A stretch of DNA of 55,941 bases, filler included, from Dirinaria sp. TL-2023a (Eukaryota): the NCBI GenBank assembly GCA_051941275.1. It is 4 parts of 4 records of this genome, joined end to end, with 100 filler letters (N's around TTAATTAATTAA, not from the genome) between each part and the next. Parts side by side here need not be neighbours in the genome. Positions count along the whole stretch, not along the records: positions 28,045 to 41,960 come from JAVEBF010000641.1; positions 42,061 to 55,941 come from JAVEBF010000643.1; 2 more parts are not named here. One strand, written 5' to 3'. Made by a program: the position numbers and the translations under genes. The notes beneath the pieces are model-generated. The model saw only the letters and a list, made by a program, of their open reading frames with translations. It did not search any database and was not told where the DNA came from. Positions 36,416-47,585 of the stretch are shown here, piece by piece (within the stretch, counting starts at the first letter, position 1; every line of letters begins with the position of its first letter).

Positions 36416-38521
36416 ATGGCTTCAAAAGGGTTTCTTCCGTCTCCCGGTCCATCTCCCAAACGCCCCCTCCCTCAGTCATCAGCCAAGCGTCGGAAGTTCC
36501 TCCAAGAATCTGAAGACGATTCCGGAACGCTCATGATAGAACAATACATCTACAGGCGGGACCGATACAGGTCGACAAGCACTGCTTTTCCTTTTCCCTT
36601 ACCAATGCCCACCACACAGATCCCGCAATACCTTCAAGACCGATTCTCTGCGGACACGAGCCTTCACCAAGCAATACAACAGTCGCTCAATGTGCACGGA
36701 GTCCGTCCTGACGCGCTTCTGCTCTACTTACAGTCGAAACCCGGATATCCAAATGGTGAGCCTTGCGCTCTCTCACTCTCTTCTCATCTACGTTGTCGCG
36801 CTGACTAGGCTTTTTCAGATGGCAATAAGAGCGTACCTGCTCTGCATATAATAGTTGATGCTGGGGAGGCTAACCCCTTCGAGAGATGGTCCGCAGCAAG
36901 AAGGGATGTAACTGCACTTTTGGACGACCACGGCTTTGACGAAATTGAGGTTGAAATCCAGGATCCCGAGCGCTTCTACCAACCTTCACTATTTCCCATA
37001 CATCCCAACCACCCAGCCGTCTCAATCTACAAATCCGTCCGAGAAGAACTCCTTGCTCGCATCCACGATAGCATTGGCTCCGTCTGGAACTCCCTCTGCC
37101 TTTTGGAAGTAGGGCGTGCGGCGAATTTGAAAAAACCCACTATTGTGATTATGGTGGATCCTCTCGCAGAACGCGACTGGGGGATATTAAAAGCGTCTCT
37201 TGAAGCTGTTATCAATAGGAAAGGCCTGCCACCTGGGAAACTGCCCGTTGAAATTATGCCTGGCGGTTGCGCAGATGACCCGCCCAATCCTCGCGACTTA
37301 CAAAGCAGGCCTGGAAAATCCTTTCTAGATGATTTCGAAACTCACCCACATCATGGGACAAGCATTAGCGTTAGGGGGGAAATTGGTGGGGGCACATTGG
37401 GTGGATATTTTTTAATGAAATCTCCCACTGAAACTCACAAGGGTTTCCTTACCAACTCTCATGTTGTGGCGCCGGCATCTACCGAATCACCAAGTGCCAT
37501 CCTCGAGTATGACCTGCTTGGCCTTTCCTACACAGCACCAAGTGAAAACGCGGGTAGGACCTGGGTCTACCACTTCGCGCCGAATGACGTTGACGCTACT
37601 CGAAAGCATGCCGAACAGCGGCTGCAATCTCTCAAACCTGAGCTCGCCAATATTGATGAGCAGCTCAAGCAACGTAAAGAGAGCGGTGCTTCTCCTCAAG
37701 CTGGCCTAGTGAGCTTAAGGGCACAAATGATCCAGCAAATAGAGCAAACAGAGAGCAGGCTATCTCAAGTCAAAACCATGCCCAGATTGCAAGGACGCAC
37801 AATTGTGGCTTCTGGACGACGCTTGACCCACGAGATGAAAACATTGGACTATGCGTTCGTAGAAACGTCGTCTATCGGCAATAACCGACTCCCTACTGAC
37901 AGGGATTTTGGAAACCGGGAAGCAAGGCCAGAAGAACTCGGCATTGGCGCCCTAAACCTCCTACTTCCAGAAGTTTGTCGTTCCTTCACGACTATTCGAC
38001 CCGGCAGATGGTATTTCAAAAGTGGCCGCACAACTGGTCTCACAAGCGGCATCTGTAATGGAGTCGAAGCATGGATAAGACCTACAGCACAACATACTCT
38101 CTTCGATGCACGAGGCGCCGTGTTGAAAGTCCGACGGTTCGGAAGAAAATTACAAGTCGATGAGGAGACAGGTCGTTTAAAATACGACGAGAAGGGGAAG
38201 CCCATGGAAAGCGAAGACGAGGATGACGTGCACTACGCCTCCGAGTGGGTTATCGTCAACGCCACTATTGACGGTCGTACGGTCAAGAACCAGCAAGCGT
38301 TCTGCGACAAGGGTGATTCCGGATCTCTGCTCGTCGACAACTACGGTAGGGTTGCTGGGATTTTGTGGGGTGATGTAACTGGGTACTGTGGACCCCTGGG
38401 CAAAAGGACGATTTACTCCGGTGCTGGCTTGGTGAACGACATCGACGATGTCAAAGCTTCGCTAAAAACACAATTGGGCTGGTCGCAAGACGCAAATGTC
38501 GACTGTTTGCAGCTCCCGTAA
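36416..38521 (+). CDS. Trypsin-fold (PA clan) serine protease, Ssy5/Nal1-like, ~680 aa, 2 exons (36416-36755, 36819-38521)
   Basis: GTLGG, LTNSHVV (His, 37460), LDYAFV (Asp, 37847), KSGRTTGLTSG, DKGDSGSLLV (Ser, 38318) and VAGILWG. Intron GTGAGC..CTGAC..CAG (36756-36818) joins ORF 36416 to ORF 36920. No signal peptide. Confidence 0.85.
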
Positions 38522-38974
38522 GAGGAAAGAGCACTGATTGGTCTTACCGGGACTGAGCCTGTGATATATTTCCCCCAGTCGGAATAGCCTCGCTGTAAAG
38601 TGGTACTAAAACGCCTGAAGAGTTGATATAAGAGCAAGCTAAGCAAAGGACTAACAGCGGCAACGCTTGAACAGTCCATTCGGATAGGGTCTTCCGTAGC
38701 CAGAGCTTCTATGGACCCGAAGTCTTGCTTCTCAAGGCGCGTTGAAATCGACGGTTCTTCAAGGTACAGGATTGCTACCTCATTGGGTCCTTGATTTGGC
38801 AGGTGCCCGCGAATGCGCTTTCTTCTGTCGTCGATGGTTCCTGCGCTTAGTACCGAGTCTCCTCATCTCGTGTCCATTCATTGAGCAGTTTGGGGCTCGA
38901 ATGCAAAATTTGCAGAAGCCATCGCATGCATCGTTATTGTAATTCTGCTATCCGGCTCCGATCTGCACAGGAAC

Positions 38975-40520
38975 ATGGATCCAGAGGTAACATCACTCCT
39001 GGATCAAATTGAGAATTGTCGCAACGAGTTCGCCTTGGGATATCTTGACGAGGCAGCCGCTATGAAAAAGCTGCATGCTGCTGCGCACGGCCTCTGCCGT
39101 GCTCTGGAGGGGCCTGCCGACATCTTCGAAAGAGTCTGCTATCAAGTATGTGAGAGTACAGTCCTATTACCCAATTATGCTTTCTGGCAGGTTGAAGATG
39201 GATTGATACTAAGTGAGCATCTGAAAACAGTTTATGGAGGCTGTATCCATTCGAATTGCTATTAATCTGAATCTTTTCAACATCCTTGTAGGGAGCAATG
39301 GTCCACAAAGCCTCGACGAGCTAGCTGCAGCGACAGGCGCCGACGGAGTGCTCCTTGGTACGGAAACTCTCACAACATGATGCACGGTATTACGAAATCT
39401 GACGGAATATATGAGGATAGCTCGAATACTTCGCTCACTGGGCGCTATTGGTGCCGTACGAGAGATGGGCGGAGTTGGAACAGAAGCCTACTTCCCTAAC
39501 AAGATGTCTATGGCGTTTGTTAATCCTGCATTGGCTGCCGGTGTGAAATTCTGGTAGGTGGCGTGGTGACCCAATCCTGTTCAAGCGGTCTCCAGAGATC
39601 TGTCAAGCGTTGGCTCGCTATCACTTGCAGTTCATCTTCTGACTTGGGATTTCAATCGTAGCTTTGATGTCCTCAGTCCGGTCTGGAACAAACTTCCCGC
39701 CTACCTTGCAACGCACAACTACCAGAACCCGACACACGCAATGGATGTAGCCTTCCATGCCGCGCACAACACCAATTATAACTTCATACAGTTCTTGGCT
39801 ACCAAACCGGATTTGAATCGCTCTCTCCAGACCTATTTGAGCGGCTTCAATGAAGGTCTGATCAACTGGATGGACTTCTATCCCGTCGAAAAAAAGCTTG
39901 TGGCGGGAGCTCGACAAGATCCGGATGCCATTATGTTCGTAGATATTGGAGGAGGTATGGGTTATGAAACGGTCGCGCTAAAGAAGAGATTTCCGCATCT
40001 ACCGGGACGCTGCGTGGTACAAGATCTGCCAAACAACATCCAGGGACAGGAGTTGGCCGCAGGTGTAGAAACGATGGCACACGACTACTTTACACCTCAA
40101 CCGTTGAAAGGTAGGCCGTACGGCCAGTATTCTCAGCATTTTTCCCGGTCTGGCAGACTGAACTAACACACCGGACATTCTCCAGGCGCGCGTGTCTACT
40201 ACCTGCGTTACATTCTCCAGAACTGGGACAGCGTACACTGTGGCCAAATCCTTCGACACATCAGAAACGCCATGAACCCGTCCTACAGCACGATCCTCAT
40301 CAACCAGTGGGTGATGCCGACGCAGCACGCCACCTCGTTTGCGGCCCACGAGGATTTAAACATGATGGCTACGTTCGGTGCCACGCAGCGTACGGAGCAG
40401 CAGATGCGCGTGATGCTGGAAAGGGCCGGGTTGCGGCTCGCACATATCTGGAGGCCTGCTGCGGATCTGCAGAGCGAATGTATCGTTGAGGCTGTAGTGG
40501 ATTCAACATTGTCAGCCTAA
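38975..40520 (+). CDS. O-methyltransferase-fold protein (Methyltransf_2 family, winged-helix dimerisation domain), ~404 aa, 5 exons
   Basis: LDELAAATGADGVLLARILRSL, SAM motif FVDIGGGMG, VVQDLP, MAHDYFTPQPLKGARVYYLR. Introns 39146-39230, 39358-39420, 39554-39661 and 40111-40185 give one intact frame. Confidence 0.92.
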
Positions 40521-40783
40521 CCCATGACCACACATAAAAAACTCAGACAGCGAATGAAACTCGGCTTCTCTTTTCTTTCTTCAATCGATCGCATGTAAAT
40601 ATTTCTTGGCGCTAGAAACGATGCAAGCGTTCATTTCTCTCCGGTCAGACCAGGATCGTATGAATGCTGGATTTGAGCAAAAAAAGAATATGCTTTGAGC
40701 TCTGCATTTTTGACTGAGGCTACAGAGGATTACATACAATAATGACTTTACACCCAATGGGACCAGGGCACCTGCATTATTTA

Positions 40784-41399
40784 GGTAACCACTATAGCCA
40801 CACCACCCCCTCTTTGCATATACACCACCTTTGCTTTGCTCATACACCACTGTGTTCACTAGACCTATCTAGGCAGGATCTATGCCTCATAGAGTAAAGC
40901 ATTCTGTTAAGACTCTGTTCTTAGAGATTAATTTCTCTCTCTCTCTCTCTCTCTCAGAGATCGTGTCTCGCGATGAGAAGAGAAATTAAATGTTGTTGAA
41001 CATGAACAGTAGTCGTCCCGAGCTTAGTAAACTTCTCAATCGTAGATTAAATTCTCGTCAAGAATCGAACTCGGAATTTTGCGACTTGTGTTGACTTTGA
41101 TTTAATGTCAGAACTCTCTGTTCTTAGATCAGATAAAATCTACTCAGATCAAGATCATTCTTGACAACGATGATAGTTATCAAAGGATCAAACTAAATCT
41201 CAAGTCAGCGACTTGATTGTTTATTTTATTATTTAGTGTTCATAAGATCGTAACAATACTCGCGCTGTTGTGAACTGATTCATCATGTTGGGCCATAGAT
41301 CTTGTCTAGGATAGGTCTAGTGAAGAGGGTAGTGTATGAGCAAAGCAAAGGTGGTGTATACATATGCAAAGAGGGGGTGGTGTGGCTATAGTGGTTACC
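40784..41399. mobile_element. Non-autonomous TIR element (MITE C), 616 bp, ~100-bp TIRs
   Basis: GGTAACCACTATAGCCACACCACCCCCTCTTTGCATAT... from 40784 is mirrored to 41399. Flanks ATTATTTA (40776-40783) and ATTATGTA (41400-41407) look like an 8-bp TSD with one mismatch. Confidence 0.88.
40926..41115 (-). mobile_element. Putative tRNA-derived SINE nested inside MITE C
   Basis: Flanked by the 13-bp direct repeat CTCTGTTCTTAGA (40913-40925, 41116-41128). On the minus strand it has a Pol III B-box-like GAGTTCGATTC (~41074-41064) near its 5' end and a (GA)n tail (40934-40955). Confidence 0.5.
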
Positions 41400-41635
41400 A
41401 TTATGTATTGATCGAGAGAAATCTTGTAAAGTGGGATACTATCTATATATATCCTGTACTGGACAGTAGAAATTTGATTGAATGACTGCCCCTTTTATAA
41501 TATGAAAAAAAAAAAGTCGTTGCTCGAGTCGCGCGTCCCCGGCTCGTTAATGATTTAGATACTTGTCATAAGGCGAAAGTATATATGTACTCGTACTGTA
41601 GGAGGAGATTTTTGGAAGTGCATGTAGCTGGCGCG

Positions 41636-41636
41636 C

Positions 41637-41671
<35 letters not shown>

Positions 41672-41691
41672 GAAAAGAAACGGAAAAAAAA
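41636..41691. repeat. poly(A)/(AAAAG)n microsatellite
   Basis: An A-run followed by about six GAAAA units. Confidence 0.85.
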
Positions 41692-41960
41692 GTCCTACCT
41701 ATGTACTGTACTGCAATGTGATTGGAAAATTTGTGGGGATAATAAATAAGGTACCTTAGGTAGATAATGCGAGATATACTTAACTCCGTGCTCTCACTGC
41801 AACAGGAATATGGGTTTTGCGGCCAATACATAGGTAGGGAAATTGACAGTATATATACTTTTTTTTTGTTCGGGGGCTCGTTTGTTACTTTGGCTTTGAT
41901 AGGAAAGGAAGGGATTGTGGATTGTGCGATGTGATGATGATTTAGTGGAGTATGGTTTGT

Positions 41961-42060
41961 NNNNNNNNNNNNNNNNNNNNNNNNNNNNNNNNNNNNNNNN
42001 NNNNTTAATTAATTAANNNNNNNNNNNNNNNNNNNNNNNNNNNNNNNNNNNNNNNNNNNN
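41961..42060. other. Artificial contig spacer (44N-TTAATTAATTAA-44N)
   Basis: Same 100-nt structure as the other two spacers. Confidence 0.97.
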
Positions 42061-42566
42061 GATATGGGATATGGTTTGTTTCTTATTCATTTAGTAACTA
42101 GGAAGGGAAGGGGGAATTTGCTTTATTAACGTTAATGCATGTTGTGGGTTTTCTTCCTACCTACCCCTTTCTTCGAAGGCAAGGTCATCCTGTATATTTA
42201 ATTTTTGAATTGATTGTATTTTGACGGGCCACGTATCATACTTACCTTCTATCATGCCCTAATAAGTACAAGTCGCACATACCAGATATGATTCCTGGTT
42301 CTTTGAACCAGGTTTCGTTCTAGCGAAGATGAGGCTATCATTCATACGCTCCTCCGACCTTACGGTATGTATGTATGCTTATAGATTGGATTTCTGGTTT
42401 GCTAAGGTGTGGATTGGATTGGTTTATTTAGCTTGTGTTTGAGGGTCGGGTTTATATTTTTTTTTTTTTTTTTGATAGTGGTAGATTTTGGGTGTGGGTT
42501 TGGGTGCAATAGATAAGGTAGATGGTTTGGGGTGGGGGATCTTTTTTTTATATTTTATTTTTTTTT

Positions 42567-42568
<2 letters not shown>

Positions 42569-42596
<28 letters not shown>
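42569..42596. repeat. (GA)n microsatellite
   Basis: About 14 GA units next to T-runs. Similar (CT)n tracts occur at ~34962-34980 and ~55532-55553. Confidence 0.9.
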
Positions 42597-42597
<1 letters not shown>

Positions 42598-43984
42598 GGG
42601 GGTTCGGAGGGTTTGCTATACGTTGCGTTCTTGGTGATTTAGATCTTTGGACTTTGTCAGACTGTATTCTTCATTTATCAGAAGCTATATTGCCGGTACA
42701 TAGGTAAGATAAGGTAAGATAGCGCTGTGCGTGCGTTGTGTATCCCGTTACTTCAGTATATGTGTCATTTAGAATGGTGGATGAGATATAAGATCGTGTC
42801 ATTATTACATATATACATACATAGAGGTGGAGCGGATCTTGCATTATTATTTATTTTTTTTATTTTCTTGCATCTGAGGCACTTCGAGAACACAAGATCC
42901 CAGCTCTTTGTGGAAGGATCGTGGAAAGGCAGTCCGGATCGCTAGGAGGCTCTAATTTCATTTTCGCACGGCGCAGCAACTACTGTGAGGCCTCACCTTC
43001 GTGGACCTTAGGAATAACCTCTGACTCAGCCTCCCTCGGGTACTTCCATGTTGTTTTATACCTTACTTTTAGCTTCGGGGGATCCGAGAAGCTAAGGTAC
43101 TTACTTACTTCCGTGGTCCTGATCCACCTGAGGCTATACTACTGGCCAGCGCAGGAATGTTTACAACGTACGTATTATTCTTCTTTCACGGCGGTCACCA
43201 GGTTTGCTGCGAGATTGAAGCTGAGGCTTGGTCGCTTCGTCGTCGTCGACGGAAGACTGTAGGCTCCAATATTCTCCTGCGGAGAGTGTGGCCACGTCAT
43301 CATCTTTGATGCGAACCGCTTGGTTTGTTGCAATCTTTGCTTCCATCAGATGGTCAGCTCACCAGGCGCCATCGTATCTTGCATTCAGATCGAGAGCGCA
43401 ATGGTGGGCTATTATGTCGGCCGGCCTTGGAGCAGCAACATGAAACTAATTTGCATTCAGGAACGGGCAGCCGAAGGCCCTGTGAGAATAATACAGTACA
43501 CTCCAGCTATCAGGCGTCCATAATTCCTGGATGGTAATATCCCCATAAGGACTCTGGATCCCTTACGCAGCGGGCACAGCATGAGGCGTACACCGTCACG
43601 TGACCGTCCAATCCTAGAACGGTTAGTGTTTTGGGGCGGAAGTACGACTCAGCCTCCTCCTTGGGCTGACGGAATGTTTCACCGATATTGTATTGGCGAC
43701 TATTCTTACCTACAGTCCATCCCAGGATGACCGAAAGCACCAAATTAATATCACAGGGCGACCAAGCCTACCAGGCTGAAGCGGGAGTGTGGTGCAGGAG
43801 GAAAAAGCACATAAGCGATGGTAGATCCCTCATGGCTTGAAATTTCTCTCTCCTTCATCGGCTCTTCCAAAGTCTCAGTCGTTCTCCTCTGTCTCCGCCC
43901 TTTCTGTCGCTTTCGCTGTTTCTTTTCTTTTCTTCGCGTTCCTCTCTGCATCTTTCTTGAGTTTCGTGCACTATCATTTCCGAG

Positions 43985-44846
43985 ATGCATTATTCCAAGG
44001 TTCTCGTTGGTGCAGCAGCTCTCTCAACCACGGCCGCGCAAATATTGAGCCCTGATCCTGTTTCAAGCTACAATGTTAAACAAGTTCAATCGGCGGTCGA
44101 ATCAGACATTCCGAGCGCAATTCGGGGTTCTATTCCTGATGTATGTTTCTTCGGCGCGCTTCTCGCACCCGTGAAATAAGTATGTTCTGACAGGTGTTCC
44201 GTAGGAGACACAAGGTGCTCAAGCTGTTGCCCAATACTTGACTTCAATCACGGCGCAGCCTGAATACAGCACCGCCATCGCCGCTCTGCAAACGGCCGCC
44301 CCTTCATCGGTTCAGCAAGAGATCAATGACGCCCCCGGATCATTCCTGCTCGAGGTTGCCACCGGTACCGAACCGAGTTATCTCAAGAGCCTTCCCACCA
44401 ATGTGTACTCGTTCATAGAAAGCATCGGAGAACAGTGTTTGAGCATCCTCGAGGGGGGCAGTGTCTCGAGCTCCCTTCCTGCCGGCTTGTTGCCTTCTGC
44501 TTCTGCAGTCCCTACCGGTGGCTATAATTCAGGTTACTCAACCGGCACCCTGCCAACCATCATCTACCGTACTGGTGTCCTGCCCACAGGCGTTCTACCA
44601 CCGACCGGTGTCCTGCCACCGACTGGTGTCTTCCCTACTGGCGCCCTTCCCACAGGTTTCCTTCCAAGCGGCGCTACCGGCGCATCTGGCACCGGCATAG
44701 CAGGACCAACAGCCAACTTGACAAGCTATACCGGCGGATCACCATCGCCGTCTGTGCAGACCTTCCCAGGCGCCGCTGCGCCCAGGGATGTGGCTCTTGG
44801 TCTAGTGGCATTGGTCGCTGGTGCTGCCACTCTCTTCGTCTGCTAG
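43985..44846 (+). CDS. Secreted Ser/Thr/Gly/Pro-rich, probably GPI-anchored cell-surface protein, ~265 aa, 2 exons (43985-44140, 44205-44846)
   Basis: Signal peptide MHYSKVLVGAAALSTTAA. Intron GTATGT..CTGAC..TAG. PTG(V/A/F)L repeats, and a C-terminal FPGAA omega-like site followed by a hydrophobic tail (VALGLVALVAGAATLFVC). Confidence 0.88.
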
Positions 44847-45605
44847 TGAAGGCTGCATCAAGAGGTCCGGGGGGTTTTGGTTCGCAATTTAATGGAAAAT
44901 ATCATCTTGCATTTTGAGCATAGCGGGGGCGTTGCAGGCGCTCATCTTCCCTTGGCTTACGAGCCAGTTTGTAAATATGTATATAGCAGCCTCAAAAGAA
45001 TTGGGATATCCAGAATTTGTGTCTGCGATCAGCGGATCTTCCCAACCTCATGATCTGTCACCTGAGTTCCATCTTTTGTAATTCACTTTATTTGGTTTCA
45101 TGCGCCGCCAACTGCAGCCGCTTGATCTGACCTTTATTGAAAAAACTTTTAGGATCGTGGATGATTATGCTCATACCCATCAAGATCCATCTATCCCTCT
45201 GATGTGTCGAAATTGCTCATCCGCACTCCACCAGTCGCATGCGCACGTGGCCCATGTTTCATTGGTGGATGGAGAAACGTTGCTCCGTCCAGGGGAAACA
45301 CGGGATGTCCACCTAAGCCTCTTGGCAACGGGAAAGCTGAGGCTTACAGTAGTAAAGTAAAGTCTCCGCAGCTCAACAACCTTGGAATGATACTTACCTA
45401 TCCAAGTCAATAATAACCTCCACTCCCCAGATCATTCCCACTCGATTTGCGGATCTTCAAATATCCCATGCTCTCGTGACATCGCTAGGATTCGTTGCAG
45501 CACGATTGCTGCCCTGCAACACTGTACCGGTCCGGCACATACCCACGGTCAAGGCCGTTCGACGTCCAAACCTTTTTCAAGTCACAAGTAGCTCGCATCG
45601 AAGCC

Positions 45606-47098
45606 ATGGGCGTCGAGAACGAGAAGGAGCGTATTTCTGCCGAGGTCGTGAGGTCGGATCCGTCGACACCGGTCGCACCAGTTCTACCTACTGTCAATCC
45701 GGATGTGGAAAAGAGAGAACCTCCCGCGGCGAAATTACATCCTTCGATCTATGTGATGTAGGCGCAACTTTAAGGCTTTGGTACAGGAATATAGTGCTCA
45801 CTGCGATGTCTTATAGTATCTGGATCACGCTCAGCTCTAGCGTCATTCTTTTCAACAAATGGATCCTGGACACCGCCAAATTTCGTAAGTTACCGTAAGG
45901 CCCTGCTTGACTGTGTCGCTAACCTTGGACGCAGATTATCGTGAGTACCCTATTTAAAATATAAACGCGCTGTGGATCCATCTTTGACATGTCAATTTCG
46001 CAGCCGTCGTTCTTACAACATGGCACCTTGCCTTTGCAACGCTCATGACTCAAATCATGGCTCGGACCACAACGCTCCTTGATGGGCGCAAAACAGTCAA
46101 AATGACAGGCAGAGTATATTTGCGGGCCATTGTCCCCATCGGAGCGGTCTTCAGCTTGTCGCTCATATGCGGCAATCTCACCTACCTTTACCTTAGTGTG
46201 GCCTTCATCCAGATGCTCAAGGTACGTCAGACCTGTCGGCGGAGGCTGGTTTGCGGCTAAAATCCATCCAAGGCCACAATGCCAGTCGCAACGCTCATCG
46301 CAGGCTGGTTCTTCGGAATTGAGGGCACGGACCGCAAAAAATTCCTCAATGTCTCAATCATTGTCATTGGTGTTATGATCGCCTCGTTCGGCGAGATCAA
46401 ATTCGTCCTGATCGGCTTCGTGTTCCAGCTCTGTGGTGTCGCTTTTGAAGCGACTCGCCTGGTGTTGGTTCAGAGGCTGCTCAGCTCTGCAGAGTTTAAG
46501 ATGGACCCTCTGGTGTCACTTTACTATTTCGCACCCGTGTGTGCTATTATGAACTTCTGCGTAGCTTTGGTCGCTGAGATACCGAGGATGACGTTGTCAG
46601 AGGTGTATCATGTGGGGTTACTTACTCTACTAGCCAATGCGACGCTAGCATTCTTATTGAATGTCTCAGTCGTCTTCTTGGTAGGCTCATCTGGCTCAGC
46701 ATGCGCGAATACTTACTGATCGGTTGCAGATTGGCAGGACATCAGGATTGGTGATGACCCTGTGCGGTGTCCTCAAAGATATTCTGCTCGTGTTCGCTTC
46801 GATCATGATCTGGGGCACACCAGTGTCCGCTTTGCAGTACTTCGGCTACACCATCGCCCTGGGCGGACTCGTTTACTTCAAGCTTGGCACTGATACCATC
46901 AAGCAACAGTTCTCCGAAGCTAATCGACAGTGGGCCGAATATGGCGCCAAGCACCCAGCTATGCGGAAGGTCATGGTTTTCGGAGCTATCCTCATTGTCA
47001 TATTCATCGTCCTCGGAGGCCTGGCCCCGTCCGCCGGTTACGATGCGGAATATGTTAAGTCGCTCGTGGGGCAAAGCACAGGCGAGAAGGCCACTTGA
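45606..47098 (+). CDS. Triose-phosphate translocator family (DUF250/SLC35E, nucleotide-sugar transporter-like) membrane protein, ~406 aa, 6 exons
   Basis: WITLSSSVILFNKWIL, HYPVVLTTWH, YLYLSVAFIQMLKA, KMDPLVSLYYFAP, IGRTSGLVMTLCGVLKD. Exons 45606-45757, 45817-45884, 45935-45940, 46004-46221, 46273-46680 and 46730-47098. Confidence 0.93.
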
Positions 47099-47585
47099 GA
47101 TCTTTCTGCGAAAAAGTCTTATGGCGCATTCGATTCGGTTCGACGGAGCACGATGGTGTTGGAAGTCAAGCTGGTGCAGCTACTGAGCATCGAACACCGT
47201 TAGGCATTTCGGCTCTATGCTAGATAGATAGCTTGCAAGTATACTGGGTTTTCGATGCGCGGAAATGTTAGACCCATTTTAATGAAATACTGTACAACAA
47301 CAACGACGATTACAATTCAAAGAAGACTCTTGCTTTACACATTCAGTCGCTACATGTATTTGGAAAGCCTTTGGAATAACGAAGGCAGGCATGAAACCCT
47401 AAGCGCAGTCTGTGATTCCTTAACGCCGGCTGTTTCCGCAATGGGCCTGCCAAGAGGTTTAGTTCAGCCTCAAGACGTGATCCAGTCCAGTCGAAGCTGG
47501 AGTCGCGCGAGAGCTGCGAGCAGGCTTCATGTACATACTGTATGTAAACAATGGGCGTGCTTCACACTCATGACGCTCAGCCAGG

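Noticed and set aside
22393..40520. Secondary-metabolite cluster of two methyltransferases plus an esterase
   Set aside because: The genes lie on different contigs or far apart, and there is no PKS, NRPS or terpene synthase in the window.
41040..41115. Functional tRNA gene
   Set aside because: Only a B-box/T-arm-like part is present and no full cloverleaf could be built; treated as a SINE-like head.
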